From a virus, in IMG/VR virus record IMGVR_UViG_3300042991_000780, positions 1 to 64,000 of that record: a DNA stretch of 64,000 nucleotides; one strand, written 5' to 3'. The notes below the pieces were generated by a model. The model was not told the origin of the DNA, did not search any database, and saw only the letters and a program-made list of their open reading frames with translations. The position numbers and the translations under genes were made by a program. Positions within the stretch are counted from its first letter, which is position 1, and every line of letters starts with the position of its first letter. This document shows, in pieces, positions 1 to 10,613 of the stretch.

Positions 1-702
1 AGTACCACCGCCTAATGCAGAAATTGTAATATAATTACCATTTGGCGTTATGGTTACATTGCTGCCACCACTTAATGACTTGAATTGTAAATTATTGTCA
101 ACAGTACTCACATAAAGTCCAGCACCTGTTCCAAGATTTGTTGCACCATTAACAACACCACTATTAGTTATAGCACCAGCAACAATCAAATTACCACCCA
201 TTGTAGTATTACCACCAATGGCTGCGCTACCACCTAAATTAAAATTACCACCAACATCCAGTGTACCATTAACACCACATATCGCACCAGTTGTTTTAAT
301 ATCACCAGTCACTGTGCCACCAGTATTATTAAATTTAGTATCAGTTATACCAGTAAGTGCATTAGGTATTTGTTGACCACTTAATGTTATATTTCCATTA
401 ATGTTAGTCATACTGTTTAAACCAACATTTGCATAATTTTCCAAAATTAAATATTGTTCAGGTGTTGGAACATCTGGTATTAATCTAATTATTTCACATT
501 TAATCTGTGCATCCATTAATCCTGCAAGACTACCATAATCATTCCAATAAACAATAGAAGAAATGTTAGTATAATCAGTTGGAGTGCTACCAGTATCTGC
601 GATTGCCATGAAAGCAGTGTTTCCGCTTAACATAACATCATCCCATGATGTAATATCAATACCTATTGTTTGACCACTTATTGTATATGCTAATAGTTTC
701 AT
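1..702 (-). CDS. Virion fibre/decoration protein, 3'-truncated by the window; paralog of 702..1451
   Basis: Not in the ORF track. The ATG at 702-700 overlaps the upstream TAA (TAATG), and the frame is open to position 1. It begins MKLLAYTISGQTIGIDITSWDDVMLSGNTAFM, closely matching the N-terminus of 702..1451, and later contains the GATNLGTG...NNLQFKSL module. Confidence 0.85.
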   Translation of the reverse strand, partial: MKLLAYTISGQTIGIDITSWDDVMLSGNTAFMAIADTGSTPTDYTNISSIVYWNDYGSLAGLMDAQIKCEIIRLIPDVPTPEQYLILENYANVGLNSMTNINGNITLSGQQIPNALTGITDTKFNNTGGTVTGDIKTTGAICGVNGTLDVGGNFNLGGSAAIGGNTTMGGNLIVAGAITNSGVVNGATNLGTGAGLYVSTVDNNLQFKSLSGGSNVTITPNGNYITISALGGGT

Positions 703-1451
703 TATGCTACTCTTATTATTTCAATCACTGCATCACTTATTGTTGTACTACCAGCAGAGTTCCAACAATTCAAAGTAACTGTATGTTGACCAGCAGTTAA
801 TGTAATGTAAATTATTCTTGACGCTGCTCTTAAATCAGCAGTATTTGAAACTCTGTATGTTAATGTAGGTCTTGTTCCCTGTGCAGCACCATTAACCGTC
901 ATTGAAAAATACGTACTGGCATTCGTTGAACTTCTACTCCAAACCCAACTTGCAGTTATTTTATATGTTCCAGCCTTTGTAACATCAAATAATGTTGCAA
1001 TCTTTGGCATTGCCGATGTATTACTCATTGTTGTGCTTGCCAACGCTTCATATTTTTGATATTCCGTACCATATATAATTGAATCTGAAGTACCAGTTAA
1101 TGATGTTGTACCTGTGATAACATCCCCAAACATTGTGGTATCACCAATTTTAGTAACACCATTGATCCCAACATTTATATATTTCTCTAACACACGAAAT
1201 TGTGCTTCGGTTGGCGTACCGGGAATGAGTTTGATTATTTCATCTTTTATAAATGCCTCTGTTTGTCCTGCAGCATTTCCAAAATTATCCCAATTGTCAA
1301 CCGATGATATATCCGTATAATTTGTTGGTAATGTGCCAGTGTTGGCAAAAATCATAAATGCGGTATTTCCACTTAACATGGCTGCATTCCATGATTTAAT
1401 GTCAATGCCTATTTTTTGACCACCGATTGTATATGCTAATAATCTACTCAT
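702..1451 (-). CDS. Putative virion structural/fibre protein with beta-sandwich C-terminus
   Basis: 249 aa, Thr/Gly/Ser-rich; C-terminal AGTYKITASW...LTAGQHTVTL pattern; tightly packed in the operon. Confidence 0.7.
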   Translation of the reverse strand: MSRLLAYTIGGQKIGIDIKSWNAAMLSGNTAFMIFANTGTLPTNYTDISSVDNWDNFGNAAGQTEAFIKDEIIKLIPGTPTEAQFRVLEKYINVGINGVTKIGDTTMFGDVITGTTSLTGTSDSIIYGTEYQKYEALASTTMSNTSAMPKIATLFDVTKAGTYKITASWVWSRSSTNASTYFSMTVNGAAQGTRPTLTYRVSNTADLRAASRIIYITLTAGQHTVTLNCWNSAGSTTISDAVIEIIRVA

Positions 1452-1452
1452 T

Positions 1453-2529
1453 TTATATTCTTCTTATTCTAATTGATGCAAATATTGCACATGCAACACC
1501 GCCACCATTCCAGTAATATGTATCAAAACAATTAGTTCCTGCTGGTAAAATAACGTCTCTTGAAAGTGTGTTAGTGAATGTAAAATTAGTTACATTCATT
1601 TTTAATAAGAAATCACTACCCTGTGTAACACCATTAATCGTAAATCTACCAAATACACAGTTATTTGAACTCGCCTGTCCCACTTGTTCAGTAAAGTCAA
1701 CTTGATATGTACCTGCTGGCATTGATGTACCAGTATATCCCAAATACTTTACTGGTGTTATACTCGTTGTAGTTAAAGTTGTTGCGCATTCACTATAATA
1801 ATAATTAGTACTACCACCTGATGCTAATTTTGCTGTAACTTGTTTTGTCGTTGGATTCCAAAACATTGTATAATCAGTACCAACGGCAACTGTTGGTGTT
1901 GAAACTAAACAAAGTGTTGAACCTAACTTAGTAACACCACTTACATTAAGTGTTGATGCAGCAGTTGTTGCACCCACCAATCTTGTAGTTCCTATTGAAC
2001 AAAGACATGTTGATGCAGAAAGAATTGGTGAAGATACGCTTGTTGAACCTAAAATAACTGGTGATATTACACAAGTTTTACCACAAGTTATTGGTGCTTG
2101 AATACAAGAACTACCACTTATTATTGGTGAATGAATCCAGACGCTACCATAAACCGATGAACCAGATACTTGACCCGATGCATGCAGATTAGACAACGTT
2201 GTTAATGTGCCAGTCATAGTATCACCAGTAACATTTACATATGTTGCAGGTGCTGTTATATCAGTATAGCCAGTAAATGCTCCTATTGTAAGATAATCAT
2301 CATAATTTGGCGGTGATACAATATCATTAACAAATTCTTCAATTGTTTCTTGGCTGTTGTATATTATAGTACCACCACTTTCACGATATAGATATAGTGA
2401 TTGTATTTCGGGAATGAAATAATCAATATATATTTCCCCATATGGTGGAGAAGGAGCAAAACTTGTGTTGCTCCTTTCCATCAATGTATTACTATATCCT
2501 GTGTGATATAAAAAATACTCTGCAGCCAT
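1453..2529 (-). CDS. Putative fibre protein, Cys-rich stalk
   Basis: 358 aa; N-terminal DYFIPEIQSLYLYR shared with 2534..5209; VTGDTMTGTL fibre motif; short SP-I/V-I repeats. Confidence 0.7.
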   Translation of the reverse strand: MAAEYFLYHTGYSNTLMERSNTSFAPSPPYGEIYIDYFIPEIQSLYLYRESGGTIIYNSQETIEEFVNDIVSPPNYDDYLTIGAFTGYTDITAPATYVNVTGDTMTGTLTTLSNLHASGQVSGSSVYGSVWIHSPIISGSSCIQAPITCGKTCVISPVILGSTSVSSPILSASTCLCSIGTTRLVGATTAASTLNVSGVTKLGSTLCLVSTPTVAVGTDYTMFWNPTTKQVTAKLASGGSTNYYYSECATTLTTTSITPVKYLGYTGTSMPAGTYQVDFTEQVGQASSNNCVFGRFTINGVTQGSDFLLKMNVTNFTFTNTLSRDVILPAGTNCFDTYYWNGGGVACAIFASIRIRRI

Positions 2530-2533
2530 TTTA

Positions 2534-5209
2534 TTATGCTAATCTATTTATTACAAAAAATACTGAATTTGGTACAGTAAGAACACTACCACTATTAGTT
2601 ACTCTAAATGCGATCACATGTAATATGTCATTTGCATTCAATGATACTATCACTGGTGGTACTGTCAATACTTCTTTAGCATTTGATATTATTAACACAG
2701 CACCACTTGCTGTTGTGTCAATCGTAGTTGTACTATTAAGTGACACGTATGAACCAACAGATCGTGATGTAGCACCTGCGCCATTTGCAACAGTAACGTG
2801 ATAATAAATTTCATACAAACCAGTTTCTTTAATTAACACTCCACCACTACCACCTGTCCATGCATAAGTATCTGATGTACCAGTAATTACAGCACCTGTT
2901 GCATCATATAATGTTGCACTATTCCAAGGAATCGGTGTTGATGCAACAGTATTAACATTGGTTGCTGCACTTGAAACCAATATGATTTTCTTATCCTTGT
3001 TTTTTGTACTTGCGGTATATCCGGTAAATAATTCAAAATTTGCCTGAATTGCTGCAGTGTTGGCAGTTGTCGCTGCTGAAATAAAATCAATTTGTGACTG
3101 TAAACCAGCAGTTAAACCAGTTACATATTCAACATCAACAAGTGAACGTGCTGTAAAACCTGAACTATAATCATCACCATATTTTAAACCACCAGTATCT
3201 TCAAAACTAACAGAACCGCCAGAAAATATGAATGTTAATCCAACATTATCAACACCAAATACTGTTGAATTTCCGCTTGTATTAATTTGGAATTCATCAA
3301 TATTTGCAATTGTCAAATCATGTAATCCCAAACCATCAATTATTGTATTTCCAGTTAAATTACCACCAAGTCCAACTCTACGTGTACCATCATAATGCAA
3401 TCCATTTGTAGCACCCGTAAGAGCAGCATCAATTATTGGTTGAGTTGTGGCTGTATAGCCAGTAAATATAATTGTATCAAGTTTAGTTGCTGTTGCAGCA
3501 GTTGTACCAGTCAATATATTCCATAAATCGGTTTGGTTTGAAATACTGCCAGTAATGTTTCCCCAAACAGCAGAAATTTCAGTATTATCGATTTTTAACC
3601 AACCACCTGATGTTTTAACTGCCAAATCACCAACCTGCCAGTCAGTAATACCACCTAAATTAGTTATACCACTTGCTGATACTCTCCAAGCAAAACCAGT
3701 TGTTATTCCAGTAACAGTTAAATCTGGTGTATTTGTACCCGCATTCCAATCTCCCTGCAATATAATATATCCAGAAATTGCATTATTAATTGCTTCTCTT
3801 ACTGCTTGTTCAGTCGGAACATATGAATCTGTTGCAGCACTTAATGGTCGTACATCCACTCTGATTTGCACACCACTATCAGCAACTTCACCGCCAACAC
3901 CAAATATTACAATATCATTTTGTGTTGCACCAGTTACTTTAGTAACTTTAGAATTAATTAAGGTTTGTGTTGTACCAGTATAACCGCTAAATGTTAATAT
4001 ATCAAGTTTTGTTGCTGTTTCAGCAGTCATTCCAGTTAATGTATTCCATAAATCAGTTTGATCTGAAAGTGTGCCTGTTATATCACCCCAAGCAGGTGTT
4101 ACATTAGTATCACCACTAATTATTAACGTATCACCAGTACCACTAATTATTTGTAATCCACCAGTAACATCAATTGATTTAAGTGTTACATTTCTGCCTA
4201 AATAGTTACCCAATGTAGTACCTGTTCCCAAATTGGTAACTCCTGTTAATGCTGCATCTAAAATTGGTTGTGTTGTTGCAGTATAACCAGTGAATACTGA
4301 AGTATCTAATTTTGTTGCTGTATCAGCAGTCATACCAGTTAACACATTCCACAAATCAGTCTGACCTGAAAGCGAACCAGTAATATCACCCCATTCAACG
4401 GTTGACATACCACCAGTACCACCACTAATTATTATGGTATCACCAGTACTGATAAACGATAAACCACCTACAACAGATATTGTTTTAAGAACAACTTCTC
4501 TATCAACAATACCACTAATCAATGTGATTCCAGTTCCAGCATCTGTTGCTCCAGTTAACGCACCATCAATTATTGGTTGTGTTGACGCAGTATATCCAGT
4601 AAATAAATTATAGTTTGCCTGAATTGCTGCAGTATTGCCAGTTGTTGCACCACTTAGATATGTTAAATTATCCCATAAATCTGTTTGGTTTTGAATATTA
4701 CCAGTAATATCACCCCAAGCAACACTTGTACCTGTTGGGGGTGTTGAATAAATCGTTATTGAATTACCAGTTTGGGTAACACTTGTTCCACCACCACCAG
4801 CAAAAGTATAGGTAGTAAGACCCGTTAATTCTGGAATGGTATAACCACCATCTTGAAGATTTCCATCCGCAGTGAAAATTGCTATATTATCAGTTGCTCC
4901 GGTAACTTTATCAATTTTTTGCGATGTTGCACCAGTTAGATCATCCCACAAAACCACATCATTAGGTGTATGTGGCGGTGCAATACTATCTAAGTATGCT
5001 TCTATATTTGCATCAGTATTTGGTATTAGTGTTGATGGACTAACCAAACTATCTACTCGCCAAAGATACAACGGTTGAATCTCAGGAATCATGAAATCCG
5101 TTTGATACGATGCAGTAAATGCTGATGGTGCTGGTAATGTTATACTTTCTGCGAATATTGTACCCGCAAATGTAGTGCCTGTGCTGTAAATTACATATCT
5201 AAGTGCCAT
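2534..5209 (-). CDS. Putative tail/head fibre protein with internal repeats
   Basis: 891 aa; four WG(D/N)ITG..S/Q.QTDLW repeats; YIILQGDWNAGTNTP motif; C1q/BclA-like C-terminus. Confidence 0.75.
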   Translation of the reverse strand: MALRYVIYSTGTTFAGTIFAESITLPAPSAFTASYQTDFMIPEIQPLYLWRVDSLVSPSTLIPNTDANIEAYLDSIAPPHTPNDVVLWDDLTGATSQKIDKVTGATDNIAIFTADGNLQDGGYTIPELTGLTTYTFAGGGGTSVTQTGNSITIYSTPPTGTSVAWGDITGNIQNQTDLWDNLTYLSGATTGNTAAIQANYNLFTGYTASTQPIIDGALTGATDAGTGITLISGIVDREVVLKTISVVGGLSFISTGDTIIISGGTGGMSTVEWGDITGSLSGQTDLWNVLTGMTADTATKLDTSVFTGYTATTQPILDAALTGVTNLGTGTTLGNYLGRNVTLKSIDVTGGLQIISGTGDTLIISGDTNVTPAWGDITGTLSDQTDLWNTLTGMTAETATKLDILTFSGYTGTTQTLINSKVTKVTGATQNDIVIFGVGGEVADSGVQIRVDVRPLSAATDSYVPTEQAVREAINNAISGYIILQGDWNAGTNTPDLTVTGITTGFAWRVSASGITNLGGITDWQVGDLAVKTSGGWLKIDNTEISAVWGNITGSISNQTDLWNILTGTTAATATKLDTIIFTGYTATTQPIIDAALTGATNGLHYDGTRRVGLGGNLTGNTIIDGLGLHDLTIANIDEFQINTSGNSTVFGVDNVGLTFIFSGGSVSFEDTGGLKYGDDYSSGFTARSLVDVEYVTGLTAGLQSQIDFISAATTANTAAIQANFELFTGYTASTKNKDKKIILVSSAATNVNTVASTPIPWNSATLYDATGAVITGTSDTYAWTGGSGGVLIKETGLYEIYYHVTVANGAGATSRSVGSYVSLNSTTTIDTTASGAVLIISNAKEVLTVPPVIVSLNANDILHVIAFRVTNSGSVLTVPNSVFFVINRLA

Positions 5210-5228
5210 TTTTTTTGTTTTTATATTT

Positions 5229-6485
5229 CTATATTATTTTGTTTATTTTTATCCATGTTCCGTTTCCAATTGTGGTAACAATACCCGCATCACCAATTCT
5301 AAATGCCATTAATTCAATATAATCACCATTCGAGAGTGATACCATATATTCGGGCATCATATTAGTGCTTGAGTCATTTGCAGTATTTAAATTAAATGAA
5401 GCACTACTCATTGGTGTTATATCAGAATTCCCATTTTTTCTAATTATAGTCCCAATGTTTTTTGGACTACTACTATCACTATTAACATTTAGAACATATG
5501 AAATGCCGTATAAACCATTTCTTTGTATATAAATACGAGAACCACCAGTAAAATTTAAACTTGTTCCGGTTGTTCCCGTTGTCCATTGAATTGCTGTTGC
5601 TGCTATATTATTTACATTAACACCACCAACAGTATCCAATAATTGCATTGGTTTTGGTATTCCTGTTAAGTTTTCATATGAGTGCGTGTGTCCTGTTTGA
5701 AATTCTTCTAACGTTAATGCACTTAACCATGCTGGTTTATTGGTAATATTACTCCAAGATACTGACGATGAACTGCCTGAAGGAATATAAATGTTAATAT
5801 TATCACCAACTTGTGTAATAACGGTTATACCTGATTGTGTAAATGTGTGTCCGGTAAAGTGTATGCTACCACTACCAGTTTGTCCGGTGTGACTATTAAA
5901 GGCTGCTGTTAATCCGGTTACTTCTTCATCAAGCAAAAGAACATAATCTTCAATATCTTGAATGCGTATATCTGTTACACCAGTATAATTATTAATTTCG
6001 ATTTTATTATAATAATTTGCTGGCAGTGTTGTTCCGGTGAATGTATTGAATAACGATTGATCAACTTTTGTGTTTAAATCCGTTAAATATGCAATTGTAC
6101 CACTCGAATCTTGAATCTTTAAATTTCGAAATATGCCCGATGTTAATCCTGATGTAACAAACTTAATCCCTTTGGTATTATCAATGCCATCGTAAATTTG
6201 AAAATTTAAATTATTAAAATATGACGGAATATCACCTAATCTTACCCATGCTGCACCATTTGAATAATATAATCCGGCATCATGCCTATTAACCAACCAA
6301 AAACCACTACTTTTTAAAACAACATATATTAAACCCGCATAATCGGAAGCGGGTAATGGTAAATCATCATAATATTCAACTTGGGGATATGTTGCACCAG
6401 TAGTTGGAGTACTTCCACTACCATTAAAATCACCAGTAAATAAATATATTTCGCCAGTTAATAGATCGACTGTAAAGGTTGCCAT
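5229..6485 (-). CDS. Putative fibre protein
   Basis: 418 aa; VSWSNITNKP and HTHSY fibre motifs; C-terminal domain similar to that of 2534..5209 (LMAFRI/VIAFRV). Confidence 0.7.
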   Translation of the reverse strand: MATFTVDLLTGEIYLFTGDFNGSGSTPTTGATYPQVEYYDDLPLPASDYAGLIYVVLKSSGFWLVNRHDAGLYYSNGAAWVRLGDIPSYFNNLNFQIYDGIDNTKGIKFVTSGLTSGIFRNLKIQDSSGTIAYLTDLNTKVDQSLFNTFTGTTLPANYYNKIEINNYTGVTDIRIQDIEDYVLLLDEEVTGLTAAFNSHTGQTGSGSIHFTGHTFTQSGITVITQVGDNINIYIPSGSSSSVSWSNITNKPAWLSALTLEEFQTGHTHSYENLTGIPKPMQLLDTVGGVNVNNIAATAIQWTTGTTGTSLNFTGGSRIYIQRNGLYGISYVLNVNSDSSSPKNIGTIIRKNGNSDITPMSSASFNLNTANDSSTNMMPEYMVSLSNGDYIELMAFRIGDAGIVTTIGNGTWIKINKII

Positions 6486-6541
6486 TAATTATACATTTTT
6501 TATAAATACTTTTGAAGTAGGATTAGATTATGGTTAATAAC

Positions 6542-6568
6542 AAAAAAAGGGAAAATATATATTCCCTT
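6542..6568 (-). terminator. Intrinsic terminator
   Basis: AAGGGAA/TTCCCTT hairpin followed by a T-run on the minus strand, downstream of 6599..6997. Confidence 0.6.
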
Positions 6569-6598
6569 ATTTCAATCAATTATAATATGTGTGTTTAA

Positions 6599-6997
6599 CT
6601 ATGCTGCCGGAGCAACATAAACTGTTAAATGATCTGTTATATCCTGTCCGTTAATCCAACTCTCATCGGCAGGGAAATATGTTCCACCAATAGGAACAAC
6701 ATAATATGATGTATGATCTGTAATATCCTGAGTATTTTTACTACCAGACTGAATAAGATATGTTCCGTCTGTTGAGAGAACAAAATATGTTAATTGATCC
6801 GTAATGTCTTGAGTATTGTCAAATGTTTGAATTTTCGGAAAATAAGTTGTACCTGTTAAGATAGTATAAACAGTTAACTGATCGGTAATATCTTGACCAT
6901 TAACAGTACCTTCTTTTGGAAAATACTTTCCACCAGTAGGAATCACATAACAAACAATGCGATCAGTAATATCCTGTGTATCCGCAAAACAACTCAT
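6599..6997 (-). CDS. Small repeat protein (5x QDITD repeat)
   Basis: 132 aa with five QDITD-x-...-Y...G-x-Y units about 27-28 aa apart. Confidence 0.75.
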   Translation of the reverse strand: MSCFADTQDITDRIVCYVIPTGGKYFPKEGTVNGQDITDQLTVYTILTGTTYFPKIQTFDNTQDITDQLTYFVLSTDGTYLIQSGSKNTQDITDHTSYYVVPIGGTYFPADESWINGQDITDHLTVYVAPAA

Positions 6998-6999
6998 TA

Positions 7000-7269
7000 T
7001 TATTTATATGTATAACTACTTGATCTATTATCCCAAACAAATGTAAAATCTTCATTGCCATTAGGAAAACCAAAATGCCAAACACTGCCAATTTTCCATA
7101 TTTTCTTTATGCGCCAAATTGGTTTTGAAGTGTTTACACCGTTTTTTGAATTGCCAATAAAATATTCGGTTGATGATCTTTCATCGACCAACATATTATG
7201 TGTACGATCATAACCCGGACGCTGTGCAAACGATCCAACATCACTAATATCTTGAGTATTTTTGCTCAT
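7000..7269 (-). CDS. Hypothetical phage structural protein
   Basis: 89 aa; WRIKKI...F.FVWDNR pattern typical of small phage proteins found near fibre genes. Confidence 0.65.
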   Translation of the reverse strand: MSKNTQDISDVGSFAQRPGYDRTHNMLVDERSSTEYFIGNSKNGVNTSKPIWRIKKIWKIGSVWHFGFPNGNEDFTFVWDNRSSSYTYK

Positions 7270-7281
7270 TTTTAATTTATT

Positions 7282-7566
7282 TTATGCGTCAACTGCGCCT
7301 TTAAATTCAGGTAATGTTTTTGCAAAATCATATGCTTGTTTAATGATATTTTCAGCGTCATTTGAAAGATTTGGTTTAAATTCAAAATCAAAATCTGCAA
7401 TTTTTTCTTTATTTAAATTTGCATTTTTCTTGTTTCTGAAACAATTCATTCTTACACGAATTTTTGATTTACCGCCAACAATACCATTCTCATCCTCAAT
7501 TTTCCAATAACAATCTGTTAAGGTTATGTTGAATTTTTTTATGTATTGATTTTTTAAAAGTGCCAT
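7282..7566 (-). CDS. Hypothetical protein, possible fibre assembly factor
   Basis: 94 aa, directly downstream of the S74 fibre; ends in QAYDFAKTLPEFKGAVDA; has its own upstream GTATTTATA motif. Confidence 0.65.
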   Translation of the reverse strand: MALLKNQYIKKFNITLTDCYWKIEDENGIVGGKSKIRVRMNCFRNKKNANLNKEKIADFDFEFKPNLSNDAENIIKQAYDFAKTLPEFKGAVDA

Positions 7567-7592
7567 TTCTTTCTATTTTATATATAAATACT

Positions 7593-10583
7593 TTATCCGC
7601 CCAATTGAATTATTCTTTCACATAAATTGTTGATCTGTGCCTGTTGTTCCTGTATTGCTTTTACAAGTAATGGAACTAAATGACCATCATTAATGCTTCT
7701 GATGTCTTCAATTACACAATTACCAATTTTCTCACAACCAATTGCTACGTATTTTGGAAATACTTGTTCAAATTCTTGTGCGACAAATCCATAATTACAA
7801 ATTCTTTTGCAACAATCCCAACTCATTTTTTCTGAATAATTTTCAGTATAATCAAATATAACCGGATTAAGTTCAGTTAATGTGTTAATTGCACATGATA
7901 TTGTGACAACATTTTCTTTAATTCTTGCATCTGATGTTGTATTCCATGCTGTTGAATTTGTGCCATTACAAATTGTACAATCACTGAAGCATCCCTTAAT
8001 TAAGAACGCATTAGCGCAATTAGCAAGAACGAACTTATTGCTTGTTGTTCCACTTGCAGTATTGTAACCAGCACATGTTCCAATCATAATATTTCCAGAG
8101 CCATTACACGTATTATATCCTGCCTCTCTACCGATATATACATTACAAGTACCACCAGTAAGTAATCTTCCTGCAGCAGAACCAATTGCAATATTATTAG
8201 ATAATGTTTGTGCTTGTTCAAGTGAAAGACATCCCATTGCAATATTATAACAACCCGTTCCAGTACTATTTAATGCAAAAGAACCAAGTGCAATATTATA
8301 GCAACCAGTTGTAATATTAGGTGCAGTAGATTGACCAATTGCGGTGTTATAACAACCAGTGGTAATTGAAGTTGATGCACCGTGACCAACAACCGTATTA
8401 CCATCGCCACTCGTTAAATTACAAAGAGCATACTGACCAATACCAATATTAACGCTACCAGTAACAATACAATTACTCATGGCATATCTTCCAATTGCAA
8501 TATTTACCACACCCGTAGTTGCTCCGCATAATGTACCTGTTCCAATTGCAATATTGTATCCACCACTCGTATTAGAATACAATGCATTACTACCAATGGC
8601 GATATTATTTACGCCACTGGTTAGAGTATATAACGTACAATCACCAATTGCAATATTTTTTGTTCCAGTTGCTGTTCCAGAAGTTCCTCTTATGGCATAA
8701 CAACCCATACCAACATTATCGCTACCAGTAATGTAACATCCTGCTCTATATCCAAAAACAATATTATTACTACCAGTTTGATTTGCTGATAATGAATAAT
8801 ATCCAAAAGCAAAATTATTACTACCAGATGTGTTAGCAGCCATACTACTCAAACCCACAGCAAAATTATCATTACCACTTTGCGTGTTACACATTGCATT
8901 CGAACCTATTGCAACATTAGCACGACCAGTTACAGGACCTATTTCAAATGTACCGTTACCTATTGCCACATTTGCTTGTGCGGAAGTAATACCCATACCT
9001 GCTTGATATCCAATAGCAACATTATATGTTCCAACATTTACTTTACATAATGTATTTGATCCTACCCCAACATTACCACTACTACCACTAACATTCATTA
9101 ACGAATATACACCAATACCTATATTATCATTATCATTTCGTGATTTACATATCGCATAACGTCCAATTGCAATATTAGTACAGCCACTTATGCCATTATA
9201 AAATGCATGATATCCAATCGCCACATTAGCATCACCACAAGTTAAACTTGAAGCAGCACAAACGCCATAAATTGTATTATCACATAAAGTTGAACCACTT
9301 GCAACTGTTCCGCAACCAGCAACAGTTGAACCATTAGTTAAATTAGACCAACCAATTCCACCGCCAGTTCCACCAGTTGAAGCAGGACCGCAACTCAATT
9401 TACCCGAACCATCAACATAAACAACACAACCTTCGCCACTTCTTGCTGGAAGTCCTGTAATACACATACAACCATCAACCTTAACCATTTTAGTATCAAA
9501 TTCACCATAAATTAATGAACAGTTACAACAATTTCCTATGTGTAATTTATTTGAACCAGTTTCGTTATATCCAGCACCAACACCAAGTGCAACATTACCA
9601 CTACCACCCGTATTAGAATAAAGTGATAAATTACCAACAGCAACATTATAATTACCTGCTATTTTATTTTTAAGTGATTCTGAACCAAGAGCAAGATTAT
9701 GAAAGCCAGTATTACAACAAAGTGCCTGTGTACCAAGAGCAATATTATTTATGTTAGTTGTTCCAGTGGCAAATGCCATTGCATAATAACCAAGAGCAAT
9801 ATTATAACTGCCAGTAGTATTACAACACAACGCTTCAAACCCTATTGCAATATTATCACTACCCGTTAAATTATTTACAAGTGCTTGATTTCCTAATCCG
9901 ACATTACCACAACCACATGTACTCTGAAGTGCGTTATTACCAAGTGCTATGTTATTACAACCACATGCGCCATAACGAAGTACTTGATAACCAATACCAA
10001 TATTACAACTACCACAAGTATTGCTGGCAAGAGTGTAACAGCCAACACCAATATTATGACTACCCGTTGTAACGTTATAAAGTACTTGATAGCCAATTCC
10101 AGTATTATCTTCACCCGTTGAAGTATTATTTAATACTTGATATCCTAATGCTAAATTTCCAAAACTGAAACTTTTACGTGGCACGCATAGAAATGTAGTA
10201 CCACTAATATTATAATCATTATAACTATCAAACCCATTACCTGTTGCACCAGAAGAAATTACACTACCATTATTGAAAATTAAGGAATTTGATGCTAAAT
10301 TAATAATCGTATTATTTGCTAATATGCCACCAAGACAAACTCTACATCCTGATGTTGTTCCAATACCATTTGTTGCACCAGTTATGCCACCACCAGTTGC
10401 ACCGGAAATTAATATTTTTTCATCTGTTTGAAATATTTGAATTGAACTTCCCGTTGAAGATATTGTTCTAAATTGTAAATTATTTCCACCAGATTTACAT
10501 TTAAAAACACAGGCATCTCCTGCACCAAGATTCTGACCTTGTGTTGTATTGCCAACTAAATTTATGTTTGATCTGTTTCCCAT
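7593..10583 (-). CDS. Tail fibre with C-terminal peptidase S74-type intramolecular chaperone
   Basis: 996 aa; many N-x-A-[IL]-G-x-x-A-L-x-x-N-T-x-G repeats; C-terminal TSDARIKENV...LNPV.FDY...YGFVAQE...LLVKAIQE chaperone signature. Confidence 0.85.
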   Translation of the reverse strand: MGNRSNINLVGNTTQGQNLGAGDACVFKCKSGGNNLQFRTISSTGSSIQIFQTDEKILISGATGGGITGATNGIGTTSGCRVCLGGILANNTIINLASNSLIFNNGSVISSGATGNGFDSYNDYNISGTTFLCVPRKSFSFGNLALGYQVLNNTSTGEDNTGIGYQVLYNVTTGSHNIGVGCYTLASNTCGSCNIGIGYQVLRYGACGCNNIALGNNALQSTCGCGNVGLGNQALVNNLTGSDNIAIGFEALCCNTTGSYNIALGYYAMAFATGTTNINNIALGTQALCCNTGFHNLALGSESLKNKIAGNYNVAVGNLSLYSNTGGSGNVALGVGAGYNETGSNKLHIGNCCNCSLIYGEFDTKMVKVDGCMCITGLPARSGEGCVVYVDGSGKLSCGPASTGGTGGGIGWSNLTNGSTVAGCGTVASGSTLCDNTIYGVCAASSLTCGDANVAIGYHAFYNGISGCTNIAIGRYAICKSRNDNDNIGIGVYSLMNVSGSSGNVGVGSNTLCKVNVGTYNVAIGYQAGMGITSAQANVAIGNGTFEIGPVTGRANVAIGSNAMCNTQSGNDNFAVGLSSMAANTSGSNNFAFGYYSLSANQTGSNNIVFGYRAGCYITGSDNVGMGCYAIRGTSGTATGTKNIAIGDCTLYTLTSGVNNIAIGSNALYSNTSGGYNIAIGTGTLCGATTGVVNIAIGRYAMSNCIVTGSVNIGIGQYALCNLTSGDGNTVVGHGASTSITTGCYNTAIGQSTAPNITTGCYNIALGSFALNSTGTGCYNIAMGCLSLEQAQTLSNNIAIGSAAGRLLTGGTCNVYIGREAGYNTCNGSGNIMIGTCAGYNTASGTTSNKFVLANCANAFLIKGCFSDCTICNGTNSTAWNTTSDARIKENVVTISCAINTLTELNPVIFDYTENYSEKMSWDCCKRICNYGFVAQEFEQVFPKYVAIGCEKIGNCVIEDIRSINDGHLVPLLVKAIQEQQAQINNLCERIIQLGG

Positions 10584-10613
10584 TTTATTTCATTTTATAT
10601 AAATACTTCATTC

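Noticed and set aside
6501-6508. T4-type TATAAATA late promoters firing on the plus strand
   Set aside because: They would point away from the adjacent gene starts; orientation tracks the coding strand as TATTTATA.
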